This document shows, in pieces, positions 44,473-53,623 of a stretch of DNA of 64,000 nucleotides; position 1 is the stretch's first letter; every line of letters starts with the position of its first letter. The stretch is from positions 79,526 to 143,525 of the forward strand of contig JAUNVR010000001.1 in assembly GCA_030537595.1 (NCBI GenBank), read 5' to 3'. The translations under genes were made by a program, and so were the position numbers. This DNA comes from Eubacteriales bacterium (lineage in GTDB: Bacteria; Bacillota; Clostridia; Saccharofermentanales; DTU023). The notes beneath the pieces are model-generated. The model saw only the letters and a list, made by a program, of their open reading frames with translations, was not told the origin of the DNA and made no database searches.

Positions 44473-44946
44473 TTAAAGGTCAAAAGCTTCAATAGCATTT
44501 TCCGGCAGCCAGTGCCGGAGGTTAATAACGACCAAGATTAAGGCCAAAAGGCTAAGTAAATTAAGGTAGTAAATCGGACTTAAAAGCTCAAATTCCAAAA
44601 GCAGCATAAGCCAGTTAAAGCCCAGGATAATCGCCCAAATAATTCGGTAGAGCTTAGTAATACCAATGCGTGGAAAGGCGAAGTAAGAGTATAGAGAAAG
44701 TCCGCAGACAGATAGGATGCGGCCCCAAAAACGCAGTTGAATTAGACGGATATAATCAGGCCAATGCATATTTTGATGTTCGGCTTGCCAGGCTAAAAAT
44801 AATTGCTCATTAGTGCTCAGCCTAAAGAGCTCATAAGAGTTTAGGATGACAATCCAGGCGGCCAGAGTAATCAAAATCATCAGGGGGCGACGGTATCTCT
44901 CATTTAAGAGCTTTTGACGTGAAATTTTCTTGGCGTTTACGGTCAT
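44473..44946 (-). CDS. Hypothetical 4-TM membrane protein inside the sugar ABC operon
   Basis: 157 aa and hydrophobic. Lies between the binding-protein and permease genes. No recognisable motif. Confidence 0.5.
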   Translation of the reverse strand: MTVNAKKISRQKLLNERYRRPLMILITLAAWIVILNSYELFRLSTNEQLFLAWQAEHQNMHWPDYIRLIQLRFWGRILSVCGLSLYSYFAFPRIGITKLYRIIWAIILGFNWLMLLLEFELLSPIYYLNLLSLLALILVVINLRHWLPENAIEAFDL

Positions 44947-45003
44947 AAATAGTTAAATTAAAGGCGCCCTCAATGGGCGCCTTTAAACTCTCAATTAAGT
45001 GAA

Positions 45004-46371
45004 TTAGTTCTGAGCTAAGAGTGCTTCGAAGGAAGCCTGGAGCTCTTTGTATGCCTCTTCTGGGGTGGCAGGCTTGACACTGTTCCAGGAGAGGATGGAG
45101 TGCTTATAGGTATCCCAGACAGCGTTCCATTCCTGGAAGAGCGGACGATTCGGGGATTGGCCGTAGGATTTGATGACTGCAGCAATAACTTCCTTCTCAA
45201 CTGGATCGAGGTCGGAAGCTTCGTAGACCGAAGACTCGACATTTTCGAGAATCTTGCCGGTCGCCTTAAAGAGGTCTACTGCAAATTCCGGATTGACAAT
45301 TTCTTTAATCATCTCTTGAGCCAGGGCTAATTTAGCGGGATCTTCTTCGACTCTGGCATTTACACCGAGAGCCCAGCCGCCCTGCCAGTGACGTAGCGGG
45401 CTGCCGTTGACGGTGATGTGATCGATTGAGTAAACCCCAATGTCAGCACCATCATTAGTCAGTTCCTTAATGCTGCCAGTGGCCCAAGGACCGTCGAGGC
45501 GGAGCACGCCCTTACCGCCAGAGCGGAAGTTGTCCTCAATGTAACCCCAGCCTGCATCAGCGTCAAAGAGTGATGAGTTGGCGTCAAAGTTCAGTTTCCA
45601 GTAGCGGTGGATGGCCTCGATGAAGGCCTGTTTTTCCGGACTTAAGTCAGCCCAGTCCAGGCTGAAGTCGGAGAAGAGGCTGCCGTCTTCATTTTTGCCA
45701 AGTAGTTCAATTTCTGCACTGTTCGTTAAAGCAACACCGAACCAGGCATCGAAAATTGGCAGCAGAGCTGTTTCGGGAGCCTCAACTGTAGCCAATTCTA
45801 AAGGCTTGCTGAGATCGATATTGTTATCAGCAGCATTCTTCTCGTTGGCAAAAATGATTAGGGTTTCAATATTGTAGGGGAAGCCGAAGTAGTTAGCATC
45901 AGTGTGCAGAGCATCACCAATACCGGCATTGAAGTCTGACCAGCCGCCAAGATCTGCAGCCATTTGCGGTGCATCGATAGCAGCCAGGGCATCCTTGTCA
46001 GTTAGGGTGACATAGCGGTCTAAGGGGTAGGCAAATAGATCAGCAACGTCCTTATTCATGACGTCAGTGCTATCAATTGTCTCTAAGTGGTCGAAAGAGC
46101 CAACAACTAGGAATTTGAAATTTGCGTTGGGCATTCTTTCCTTAATTCTGTTGGCGGCATTTTCATAGTGAGGTAGCCAGCCTTCTTCGACCTGAACGGA
46201 AAGCTCGATTTCCTGATCTGCATCCAGATCACTCGGGCTATCAGCAGCAGCGTCGCCTGCAGGCTCAGCAGCATCTTCTGGAGCCTTGTCTTTACTCTTG
46301 TCACAGCCGACAAAGAGCATACTCAGAGCTAAAAGCATCATGAGAAGCGATAAAAGTCTTTTAATTTTCAT
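45004..46371 (-). CDS. Extracellular sugar-binding lipoprotein (SBP family 1)
   Basis: 455 aa. Signal peptide with lipobox FVGCD and an Asp/Ala-rich linker. First gene of the ABC operon. Confidence 0.8.
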   Translation of the reverse strand: MKIKRLLSLLMMLLALSMLFVGCDKSKDKAPEDAAEPAGDAAADSPSDLDADQEIELSVQVEEGWLPHYENAANRIKERMPNANFKFLVVGSFDHLETIDSTDVMNKDVADLFAYPLDRYVTLTDKDALAAIDAPQMAADLGGWSDFNAGIGDALHTDANYFGFPYNIETLIIFANEKNAADNNIDLSKPLELATVEAPETALLPIFDAWFGVALTNSAEIELLGKNEDGSLFSDFSLDWADLSPEKQAFIEAIHRYWKLNFDANSSLFDADAGWGYIEDNFRSGGKGVLRLDGPWATGSIKELTNDGADIGVYSIDHITVNGSPLRHWQGGWALGVNARVEEDPAKLALAQEMIKEIVNPEFAVDLFKATGKILENVESSVYEASDLDPVEKEVIAAVIKSYGQSPNRPLFQEWNAVWDTYKHSILSWNSVKPATPEEAYKELQASFEALLAQN

Positions 46372-46431
46372 AATTTTCTCCTTAGAAAATTTATTGAGAG
46401 TGGGATCTTAAGAAAAAGCCCACTTCTTTAT

Positions 46432-46460
46432 ATTCTATATAGTCACGGGTAAAAGGACAA
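46432..46460 (-). promoter_or_regulatory. Promoter of the sugar ABC operon
   Basis: The minus strand reads TTGTCC (46460-46455), a 17-nt spacer, then TAGAAT (46437-46432), about 60 nt upstream of the start codon. Confidence 0.55.
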
Positions 46461-46527
46461 GTTTTAGTTAAAGTTCATGGCTCTAGCTCAGCAATCTGCA
46501 CAAAGTGCTGCTGGCGAAATTCGCCCA

Positions 46528-46555
46528 AGAAAAAAGCAGCTTTTTGAGCTGCTTT
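46528..46555 (-). terminator. Intrinsic terminator after the methylthiotransferase gene
   Basis: The minus strand reads AAGCAGCT-CAAAA-AGCTGCTT followed by TTTTTT. Confidence 0.8.
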
Positions 46556-46594
46556 AAGATTAGTTTAAATAAGGTCTTTAGATTTAGCTTGGAT

Positions 46595-47938
46595 CTAATT
46601 TTCAGCTGCTTCGGAGGGAACTACAATTAGTTCTTCGCCGAGGATTTCTTTCGGGCGAACCTTGATAATCTGCCCCTTTTGGAAGACTTCAGTAAATTCC
46701 GGGCTGAGGCGACAGCGGATATAGTTCTCGCTGTAACCGACCCAGCTAGCTTGGTCAATTTCTTCAAGCAAGACTTCAAGCTCCGCTGCAAAGTTTCGGA
46801 CCAGGAACTTATGGAGCAGGAACTCAGCTAAATCCTGGGCTTCACGACTGCGCTCCTTAGCAATTTCTGGCGCTAGCTGCGGCAGCTTAGCTGCACTGGT
46901 GTGGGCGCGGGGAGAATAGCGGAAAATATGGAGCCTAGATAAGAGATTTTCGAGAATAAAATCCATACTCTCCCGATGTTCCGCTGCGCTTTCTTCTGGG
47001 AAGGCGACCATCACATCTGTGGTAATTGCTGGGCGGGTAAAAAGCTCGCGAATCTTGCTAACCCGAGAGGCATATTCCTCAGCGGTATATTGGCGGCGCA
47101 TCCGTTTGAGGGTACTGCTGCAGCCACTTTGCAATGAGAGGTGGAAGTGAGGACAGAGCTTGTCGACAGCTGCTAATCTAGTCAAAACCTCATCACTCAT
47201 GCTCTTGGGTTCTAAAGAGCCCAGGCGAATCCGCTGGAGCTTGGGGACTGCTGCTAGCTCTTCGACTAACTCAGCTAAGGCGAGACTATCGCGCCCCAAG
47301 TCTTTTTCGAAAGAGCAGAGGTGGATTCCGGTCAGGACAATTTCCTGAACTCCATTTTCAGTCAAGCTCTTGACCTCAGCTAGAATTTCAGCGCGGGAAC
47401 GACTGCGGACCTTACCTCGGGCGAGGCAAATCGCACAGTAAGCGCAAAACATCTCACAGCCATCCTGGATTTTAACTTCTGCCCTGGTGCCGTGGGCTGT
47501 GGAGAGAATACCTAAGCTCTCGTACTCAGAGGCGCGAGAACTGCGGCCTAAACTGGACGTGGCCAGCTTTGCCTCAGCTAGAGTCTCGGGCTCAGTCCCT
47601 CTTAGCTCGGCGCGCAGCTCAATCGCCCAGTTCACGATGTCAAGGCGCCCCATCACACCGCGGGTAAAATCCGCCAGCTCAGATAAGTCTTTAAGCTGGG
47701 AGTGGCAGCCCATCACGGCAATTTTGGCCGCTGGAAAATTCCGCCGATAACGCCGGAGCTGCTGCTCACATTTACGTCCGGCCTCATGAGTTACCGTGCA
47801 ACTGTTTAAAAGATATAGCTCAGCTTCTTGGTCTGCTGGCACCAGCGTAAAGCCGGCCTCGCTAAAACGCTCTGCAAGGCTGGCTGATTCATAGTGATTA
47901 GTCTTACAACCGAGAGTTTGAATTGCAATTCTGAACAA
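46595..47938 (-). CDS. mtaB: Radical-SAM tRNA methylthiotransferase, MiaB family (MtaB-like)
   Basis: Likely TTG start at 47938 (MFRIAIQTLGCKTNHYES), 13 nt after the rnr stop. Radical SAM motif CEMFCAYC and a C-terminal TRAM domain. The track ORF reaching 48175 overlaps rnr. Confidence 0.8.
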   Translation of the reverse strand: MFRIAIQTLGCKTNHYESASLAERFSEAGFTLVPADQEAELYLLNSCTVTHEAGRKCEQQLRRYRRNFPAAKIAVMGCHSQLKDLSELADFTRGVMGRLDIVNWAIELRAELRGTEPETLAEAKLATSSLGRSSRASEYESLGILSTAHGTRAEVKIQDGCEMFCAYCAICLARGKVRSRSRAEILAEVKSLTENGVQEIVLTGIHLCSFEKDLGRDSLALAELVEELAAVPKLQRIRLGSLEPKSMSDEVLTRLAAVDKLCPHFHLSLQSGCSSTLKRMRRQYTAEEYASRVSKIRELFTRPAITTDVMVAFPEESAAEHRESMDFILENLLSRLHIFRYSPRAHTSAAKLPQLAPEIAKERSREAQDLAEFLLHKFLVRNFAAELEVLLEEIDQASWVGYSENYIRCRLSPEFTEVFQKGQIIKVRPKEILGEELIVVPSEAAEN

Positions 47939-47951
47939 AAAATCCCTACCC

Positions 47952-50000
47952 CTATACTTTATATTTCTGGACTCCGGAGCGCTTGGCCCTCTTGCGTCCC
48001 TTAGCTTTCCGCTTCTGCTTCTTATTCGCAGCTCGACGCCCTTTTGCCGCTGTTTCGGCTTTCGCGCCTCTGAACTTAGCAGCAGCCCTAGCTTTGGCCG
48101 GGGCCTTGCCCTTTGCCCTACTGCCTCGCTGAGCCTTGACTCGAGCTTGGCGACTATTGCGCCTACCCTTTGCACTAAAGTCTTTTCCGGCCAAATCCCC
48201 GCTCAAAAACTCAATCGGCACAAAGTCCAAGAAGCGTCTTTGCAAGTCGACCCGGGAGAGCTGCATCCTTAGCTTATCGCCGAGGCGCAGAGCCTGACCA
48301 CTGTTATTTCGTGCCTGAAATAGCAGTTCATCGTAGCTGTAGTAGCCGGGCATTTCACTGTACATAATTGTGCCTTCAGCAGTATTCTCCATTCGAGCGT
48401 AAAAAGCAATGGGGGATAGGCCACTAACCTCTGCAGTATAAATCTCGCCGAGTTTGTCGACATAATACTCGCAAATCTTTTGATCAGTCGAAGCGCGCTC
48501 AGCTGAGACGGAAATTCTTTCCGTGTCTGAGACGTGTTTGGCAATAGTTCCAGCCAGGGGACGCAAGTCTGAGCTTTTATCACTGCGTTTCGAGAGATAC
48601 CGTTTTAGCACACGGTGGGTGTGGAGGTCGGCATAGCGTCTAATTGGCGCTGTGAAGTGGAGATAGGACTCAGAAGCCAGTCCGAAGTGGCCCAGGTTGT
48701 GGGTGCTATATTCAGCCTTCGCCAAGGAGCGAAGCAGCATAAAGGAGAGGGTTTCACTTTGCGGGTAATCGGCTAAGGCTGCCAGCATCAACTGTAAGCT
48801 CTTCGGGTCAAATTTTTTGGGTAGAGGAGCTTTTAATTTCTGGGCTAGAAGCAGCCGCTTAAATTGCTCAATCTTTTCCGGATCGGGATTATCATGAACC
48901 CGGTAGACCACCGGCAGCTTATGCGCCTTAGCAAAATCTGCCACAGCCTCATTGGCGGCAATCATAAAGGATTCGATTAAACCATGGGCAAAATTCGATT
49001 TAGCGCCGTGGATTCTAAGCGGATGCCCTTCAATATCTAAGTCGACCACCGTCTCCGGAAAATCAAAGACCAGAGCCCCTCGCTCTTCACGCTGGGCAGC
49101 CAAAAGCTCCGACAGTTCCAGCATCGTCTGGATCGGCTCGCGCAGAGCTTCTGGATAGCTCGAGTCGAAAATCTCGCTGTAATTGCCGCGGTAATTTGAA
49201 TTAATGACGGCCGGGTAGAGCTTTGACTCTAGGCGTTTACCCTGCCGGTCAAAAAGCATTTCCACGGTGAAAGTCAAGCGGTCAACCTCAGGATTTAAGG
49301 AGCAGAGTTGGTTCGATAGCTTTGGCGGCAGCATCGGCAAAACCCGGTCTGCAAGGTAAACTGAATTGCCGCGCTGCAAGGCCTCGGCGTCCAATTTACT
49401 GCCAAAGTGAACATAGTGCGAGACGTCGGCGATATGGACCCAGAGGCGGTAGTTCTCAGCTTCTTTTCTGATACTGAGTGCATCATCTAAGTCCTTGGCA
49501 TCTATTCCGTCAATGGTCAGCGTAAATAGCTCGCGCAAGTCATGGCGGCCAGCTGCTAGCTCAGCTTCTATCTCGGCCGGGTCGACCTCGCTCGGCCAAG
49601 ACTCTAATTCGGCCAGGACAGCCTCGGGATAGCTCGGCTGAAGGCCGTAGTCATGAATAATTCCGAGCATGGCAGTATCGCTGCGCTCGGGATCGCCGAG
49701 GACTTCTAGAATCTCGCCGCGCACCGGATTTTCCTGTGGAGCCGTGATCTGGACGAGCACCTTCATGCCAAAGGGGGCACCGTGTAAGCCGGACTTCGGG
49801 ATATAGACCTCACGCCCATGTAAGGGGTGGTTGCGATCTAATCTGACCAGGCCGTCACGCCGTCCTTTGGCCTCGAGAATGCCAACCCGCCTGAGGGACT
49901 CTGAGCTCTCTGTACCGGGTGGCAGTTCCACCGGGGATAAAATTTTACTGTAGCTCTCTTCAACTGAGCTTTGATCGCGGGAATGCTCGCTTCTAGACAT
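47952..50000 (-). CDS. rnr: Ribonuclease R
   Basis: ATG at 50000 follows GAAGGAG (the track starts at 50066). RNB domain motifs (IDGIDAKDLDDALS), an S1 domain and a Lys/Arg/Ala-rich basic C-terminal tail. Confidence 0.9.
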   Translation of the reverse strand: MSRSEHSRDQSSVEESYSKILSPVELPPGTESSESLRRVGILEAKGRRDGLVRLDRNHPLHGREVYIPKSGLHGAPFGMKVLVQITAPQENPVRGEILEVLGDPERSDTAMLGIIHDYGLQPSYPEAVLAELESWPSEVDPAEIEAELAAGRHDLRELFTLTIDGIDAKDLDDALSIRKEAENYRLWVHIADVSHYVHFGSKLDAEALQRGNSVYLADRVLPMLPPKLSNQLCSLNPEVDRLTFTVEMLFDRQGKRLESKLYPAVINSNYRGNYSEIFDSSYPEALREPIQTMLELSELLAAQREERGALVFDFPETVVDLDIEGHPLRIHGAKSNFAHGLIESFMIAANEAVADFAKAHKLPVVYRVHDNPDPEKIEQFKRLLLAQKLKAPLPKKFDPKSLQLMLAALADYPQSETLSFMLLRSLAKAEYSTHNLGHFGLASESYLHFTAPIRRYADLHTHRVLKRYLSKRSDKSSDLRPLAGTIAKHVSDTERISVSAERASTDQKICEYYVDKLGEIYTAEVSGLSPIAFYARMENTAEGTIMYSEMPGYYSYDELLFQARNNSGQALRLGDKLRMQLSRVDLQRRFLDFVPIEFLSGDLAGKDFSAKGRRNSRQARVKAQRGSRAKGKAPAKARAAAKFRGAKAETAAKGRRAANKKQKRKAKGRKRAKRSGVQKYKV

Positions 50001-50120
50001 GCTTGGCTCCTTCAACTGACGCTTTGATTTCTTAATTCTTCTTAATGATAACATCTGCCGGCCCAAAGAACTGGGGGCTATGTTAAAATAACTGCAGTAT
50101 TTAAAGAAGGAGGCAGCACT

Positions 50121-50378
50121 ATGGTGAGTGGAGAAACTACCCGTTTTGTGATGGGTTTAGATCGCAATGTAGAAGCTGCAAAGATTATGCGCCAGGTTTT
50201 GGCCGCGCTGGAAGAAAAAGGCTACGAGCCTTCAACCCAGTTGGTTGGCTACTTCCTTTCCGGTGACCCTACCTATATCACGAATCACGAGGGTGCCAGA
50301 GCAACTATCCGCCGGATGGAGCGCGATGATTTATTAGAAGTGATTATCAGCGAATATATCGAGCGCCTTAAAGGCTAA
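50121..50378 (+). CDS. ireB: IreB/UPF0297 family regulatory protein (YrzL-like)
   Basis: 85 aa. EKGYEPSTQLVGYFLSGDPTYIT is the family hallmark. ruvX follows. Confidence 0.88.
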   Translation: MVSGETTRFVMGLDRNVEAAKIMRQVLAALEEKGYEPSTQLVGYFLSGDPTYITNHEGARATIRRMERDDLLEVIISEYIERLKG

Positions 50379-50410
50379 GAATAAAGCTGAGTAAAGTGGA
50401 GGGAAGCGAC

Positions 50411-50899
50411 TTGCAAGGCAGAATACTCGCTCTTGATTATGGGCGTAAACGGGTGGGCATAGCTTTGACTGACCCCCTGCGCGTAATCGCGACACCACAG
50501 GGATTTTTGCCGCGGAAGCTAGCGCAGGATCCCAGTGCTGAGGCTTTAATCGAAAAGATCCTCGAGCTTTGTGAGCAAGAGGGCGTGAGCGAAATCGTGA
50601 TTGGTGAACCTCGGCGCACTGATGGTCGGCCGAATGAACTACTCCAAGAAGTTCACAGCTTCGGTGCTGCACTGGCCGCCAAGACGACTTTGCCAATCCA
50701 TTATTTTGATGAAAAATATACGACTGTAATTGCCTCGAGAACCTTTAGCCGTGGGGAAAAAGGCCCGGCTAAAAGGAATGAGATAGACGGCCGCGCGGCG
50801 GCAATTTTACTTAGTGATTATCTCAGGCACTGTGCTATAATCGGGGAGACAGTCAGAGAAGCTGACAGTAAAGAAAGCGAGGCACGCTATAATGATTGA
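50411..50899 (+). CDS. ruvX: Putative pre-16S rRNA nuclease / Holliday junction resolvase-like RuvX (YqgF)
   Basis: ILALDYGRKRVGIALTD N-terminus. TTG 50411 lies 7 nt after GGAGGG; the alternative start is GTG 50396. Confidence 0.85.
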   Translation: MQGRILALDYGRKRVGIALTDPLRVIATPQGFLPRKLAQDPSAEALIEKILELCEQEGVSEIVIGEPRRTDGRPNELLQEVHSFGAALAAKTTLPIHYFDEKYTTVIASRTFSRGEKGPAKRNEIDGRAAAILLSDYLRHCAIIGETVREADSKESEARYND

Positions 50900-51290
50900 A
50901 AAAAATCTCTTTTTTGCCCCCCACGACGATTGCGCTTGTGGTTGCGGCTGTAGCCATGATGAAAACCCGGCCGAACAGAGCCCGGAAGAATTTCTGGAAG
51001 TAGTATTTGAAGATAGTGAAATGATTGAAATAGTCGATGAGGACGGCGAGAAATATGAGTTCTATGTCGTCGATGAATTCGACTTTGAAGATAATGACTA
51101 CTGCGTCATGATGACCCGTGAAGACCCCTTTGAATTCCTAATTGCTAAGATTGAGGACGATGAGTCCGGCGAGAGCTTCTTAGTAACCTTGGAAGAAGAC
51201 GAAGAGGATGCGGTTTACGCTTATTATGACGAGTTGTTAGAAAACAGCACAGACGACGAAGACGAAGAAGTAACTGAAGACGAGGCCTAG
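50892..51290 (+). CDS. DUF1292 (UPF0473, YrzB-like) protein with a Cys-rich N-terminus
   Basis: 132 aa. IEIVDEDGEKYEFYVVDEFDFEDNDYCVMM core, an acidic tail and CACGCGCSH near the N-terminus. Confidence 0.8.
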   Translation: MIEKNLFFAPHDDCACGCGCSHDENPAEQSPEEFLEVVFEDSEMIEIVDEDGEKYEFYVVDEFDFEDNDYCVMMTREDPFEFLIAKIEDDESGESFLVTLEEDEEDAVYAYYDELLENSTDDEDEEVTEDEA

Positions 51291-51291
51291 A

Positions 51292-51603
51292 ATGCCTTTT
51301 GGATCTAACGAACCAACCCTGACGGGTGGGGATGATGCGCTCGCGGTCTTAGTCGATGAGAACTCAGGCCGCGAGTACTACGTTTCGCTGATGGACAGCT
51401 TTGATTTTCAGGGCCAGGAATACACCGTAATTTATAATTACGAGCCAGAAGATGGACGCAGCAAGGCCCCGGAAATCGTTTTAATGCGCTCATATCGCCA
51501 GGCTGATGGGACCAGATATTTCAGCTCAATCCGCAAAAAAAAGGAACTTGAGATGGTCTTTGAGATCTTCTACGAGCGTTTTTCAGATCGCTATAGCGAA
51601 TAG
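51292..51603 (+). CDS. DUF1292 family protein (second paralogue)
   Basis: 103 aa with the core LVDENSGREYYVSLMDSFDFQGQEYTVIY. Confidence 0.75.
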   Translation: MPFGSNEPTLTGGDDALAVLVDENSGREYYVSLMDSFDFQGQEYTVIYNYEPEDGRSKAPEIVLMRSYRQADGTRYFSSIRKKKELEMVFEIFYERFSDRYSE

Positions 51604-51634
51604 CATAAAAGATTCGCTTTTTTAGGATAGAATC

Positions 51635-52609
51635 ATGCGTTTTACAGATTTAGCTGAATTGTCACTCGATTTAATCGACCTTTATCGGGAGCGTTTTGCC
51701 GCCAGCGCAACAGAATTAGCTGATGCAGCTCCGAACAGCAGACTAGCCTGGAATCAGGGCTATCATTATCGTTACCACGATGATGGACAGCTCTTTACCG
51801 CGGTCTCAGATGGGGGAATTTTTAGCCGACCACACTTTTGCTTGCCGCTCGGCGAGCTAACTGTCGATGCCCTCTTGCCGGTGATTAAAAGCATGGAGGA
51901 AATCTTTAAGGCCGAGTCTTGGCCGCTTTGCTCGATGTTTATTGATGAGAAATTTAAGCCGCTCTATGAATTAGCAGCCGAGCGCCTAGATTATTTTATC
52001 GAATGGGATTATAACGATGATTTCACCGACTACGTCTATGATGCAGCAAAGCTCAGGAGCCTAAGTGGCAAGCGTTACCGGACTAAACGAAATCATATTA
52101 ACCAGTTTTTACGCGACTTTCCGGCCGTGGAATATCGCCCGCTGAGCGCAGAGATGGCTGAGCAGGCATTGCAGCTCGTGCTCGACTGGGGTGAGAATAA
52201 GGACGTCGATCCCGATAATATGCGCGAATCGGATTATCTACCAATTAAATATCTTTTTACTAATTTTGCAGAATTAAATCTAAAGGGTGGAGCAATCTAT
52301 TTAGGAGATTTACTCCTGGCCTTTGCGATTGGCTCTCAGACCAGAGAGGATATTGCTGTAATTCATTTTGAAAAGGCAAATCCCAATCTCGAGAATATCT
52401 ACGCCGTAATTAACCGTTGGGTTGCGGAGGAAGCCTTTCCCGAGGTCAAAGAAATCAACCGGGAAGAAGATATGGGTATTGAGGGCATGCGGCTAGCAAA
52501 GGAATCCTACCATCCGCTGAAAAGACTGCGTAAGTATCGGGCGAATTTCATCAAAAAATGCTGTGCTAAAGAATACCGAGCTCAGAAGAGCTTAAGTGAG
52601 GTTAAGTAA
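51635..52609 (+). CDS. Stand-alone DUF2156 / LPG-synthase-C-like domain protein (MprF C-terminal, tandem GNAT-like fold)
   Basis: 324 aa with no TM segments. DYVYDAAKLRSLSGKRYRTKRNHINQF matches the conserved signature I recall for DUF2156 proteins. Confidence 0.55.
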   Translation: MRFTDLAELSLDLIDLYRERFAASATELADAAPNSRLAWNQGYHYRYHDDGQLFTAVSDGGIFSRPHFCLPLGELTVDALLPVIKSMEEIFKAESWPLCSMFIDEKFKPLYELAAERLDYFIEWDYNDDFTDYVYDAAKLRSLSGKRYRTKRNHINQFLRDFPAVEYRPLSAEMAEQALQLVLDWGENKDVDPDNMRESDYLPIKYLFTNFAELNLKGGAIYLGDLLLAFAIGSQTREDIAVIHFEKANPNLENIYAVINRWVAEEAFPEVKEINREEDMGIEGMRLAKESYHPLKRLRKYRANFIKKCCAKEYRAQKSLSEVK

Positions 52610-53623
52610 ATGAATTCAGAAAATACAGAGAAGCTGGACAATTTAGTATATGTCCACGAGAGCAGTACTGTGCAGCAGGGTCCGGAGCTAGAACCGGAAG
52701 CCGAGGCTGACAGTGGCTCTGAGAGCGAAGTGCGAAAGATAGGTCCACGCACTGTCTTTATCCCGCTCCTCTATGGCTTTTTATATATCTTAATCCAAGT
52801 CTTCGCACTCTATATCGTCATCTTCGTGAAGAGTGCTCCAGAAATCCTGGCCCAAATAGAAGCAGGTAGCTTAAGTAAAGAGTCATTTGCGCAGCTGATG
52901 ACTCCTGCTGTAATGAATTGGGGCAGTATTTTAATGGCTGCTATCATCTTGCCACTGTTTAGCTTTTATCTGATCCGCAGAGCCAAAAAACTACCGCGAA
53001 CATTAATGCGTGAGCGGATTAGCCTAGACAAGTTCCTAAGTTCCATCTCAATGATTTCCTTGTCGCTCTTTTTGACCCAGCTCTGGGTTATCTTACTAGC
53101 GACTCTGGCACCGCATATCCCCTATATCCAAGCCCAATTGGAATATCATGAGCAGCTCATTGAATTAATCATGCCAGAGCAGGGGAGCTTAATTTTAATG
53201 TTTTTTGCAGTTGTAATCTTGGTTCCAATTGCCGAGGAGCTGCTCTTCCGTGGAGTGATGATGGGCGAGTTTCTGATTGCGATGAAAGCTGGCTGGGCAA
53301 TCGTTCTAAGCGCTTTACTCTTTGCCCTTTTCCACGGGAATTTCGTGCAGAGTAGCTACGTTGTTTTCCCAGGTATTATGCTGGGTCTAGGCTACTATCT
53401 GAGTAGGAATCTGCTGGTCCCGATCTCAATGCATATGTTCTACAACTTTTTCGGAGGCTTCCTGCCAATCTTATTGGATGTCGAAAAGAATCAACAGGGT
53501 GCTGTCACCTACGTGCTGATTACTTATGGAATCTTCATCTTATCGGGAATTTACCTAATCTTCAGCTATATTCGTAAAAGACGTAAGCGCAAAGCCGCTA
53601 ATTTAGAGGAGTTAAATGGCTAA
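52610..53623 (+). CDS. CPBP family intramembrane glutamic endopeptidase (CAAX protease/Abi)
   Basis: 337 aa, polytopic. Motifs EELLFRG, FALFHG and MHMFYN. Confidence 0.88.
   Translation: MNSENTEKLDNLVYVHESSTVQQGPELEPEAEADSGSESEVRKIGPRTVFIPLLYGFLYILIQVFALYIVIFVKSAPEILAQIEAGSLSKESFAQLMTPAVMNWGSILMAAIILPLFSFYLIRRAKKLPRTLMRERISLDKFLSSISMISLSLFLTQLWVILLATLAPHIPYIQAQLEYHEQLIELIMPEQGSLILMFFAVVILVPIAEELLFRGVMMGEFLIAMKAGWAIVLSALLFALFHGNFVQSSYVVFPGIMLGLGYYLSRNLLVPISMHMFYNFFGGFLPILLDVEKNQQGAVTYVLITYGIFILSGIYLIFSYIRKRRKRKAANLEELNG

Noticed and set aside
47939-48175. N-terminal 79-aa extension of the methylthiotransferase ORF as given in the track (46595-48175)
   Set aside because: It would overlap the 3' end of rnr by 224 nt, and the extension is basic low complexity. 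The conserved family N-terminus (IAIQTLGCKTN) begins right after TTG 47938, which has a purine-rich stretch (TAGGGA) upstream.
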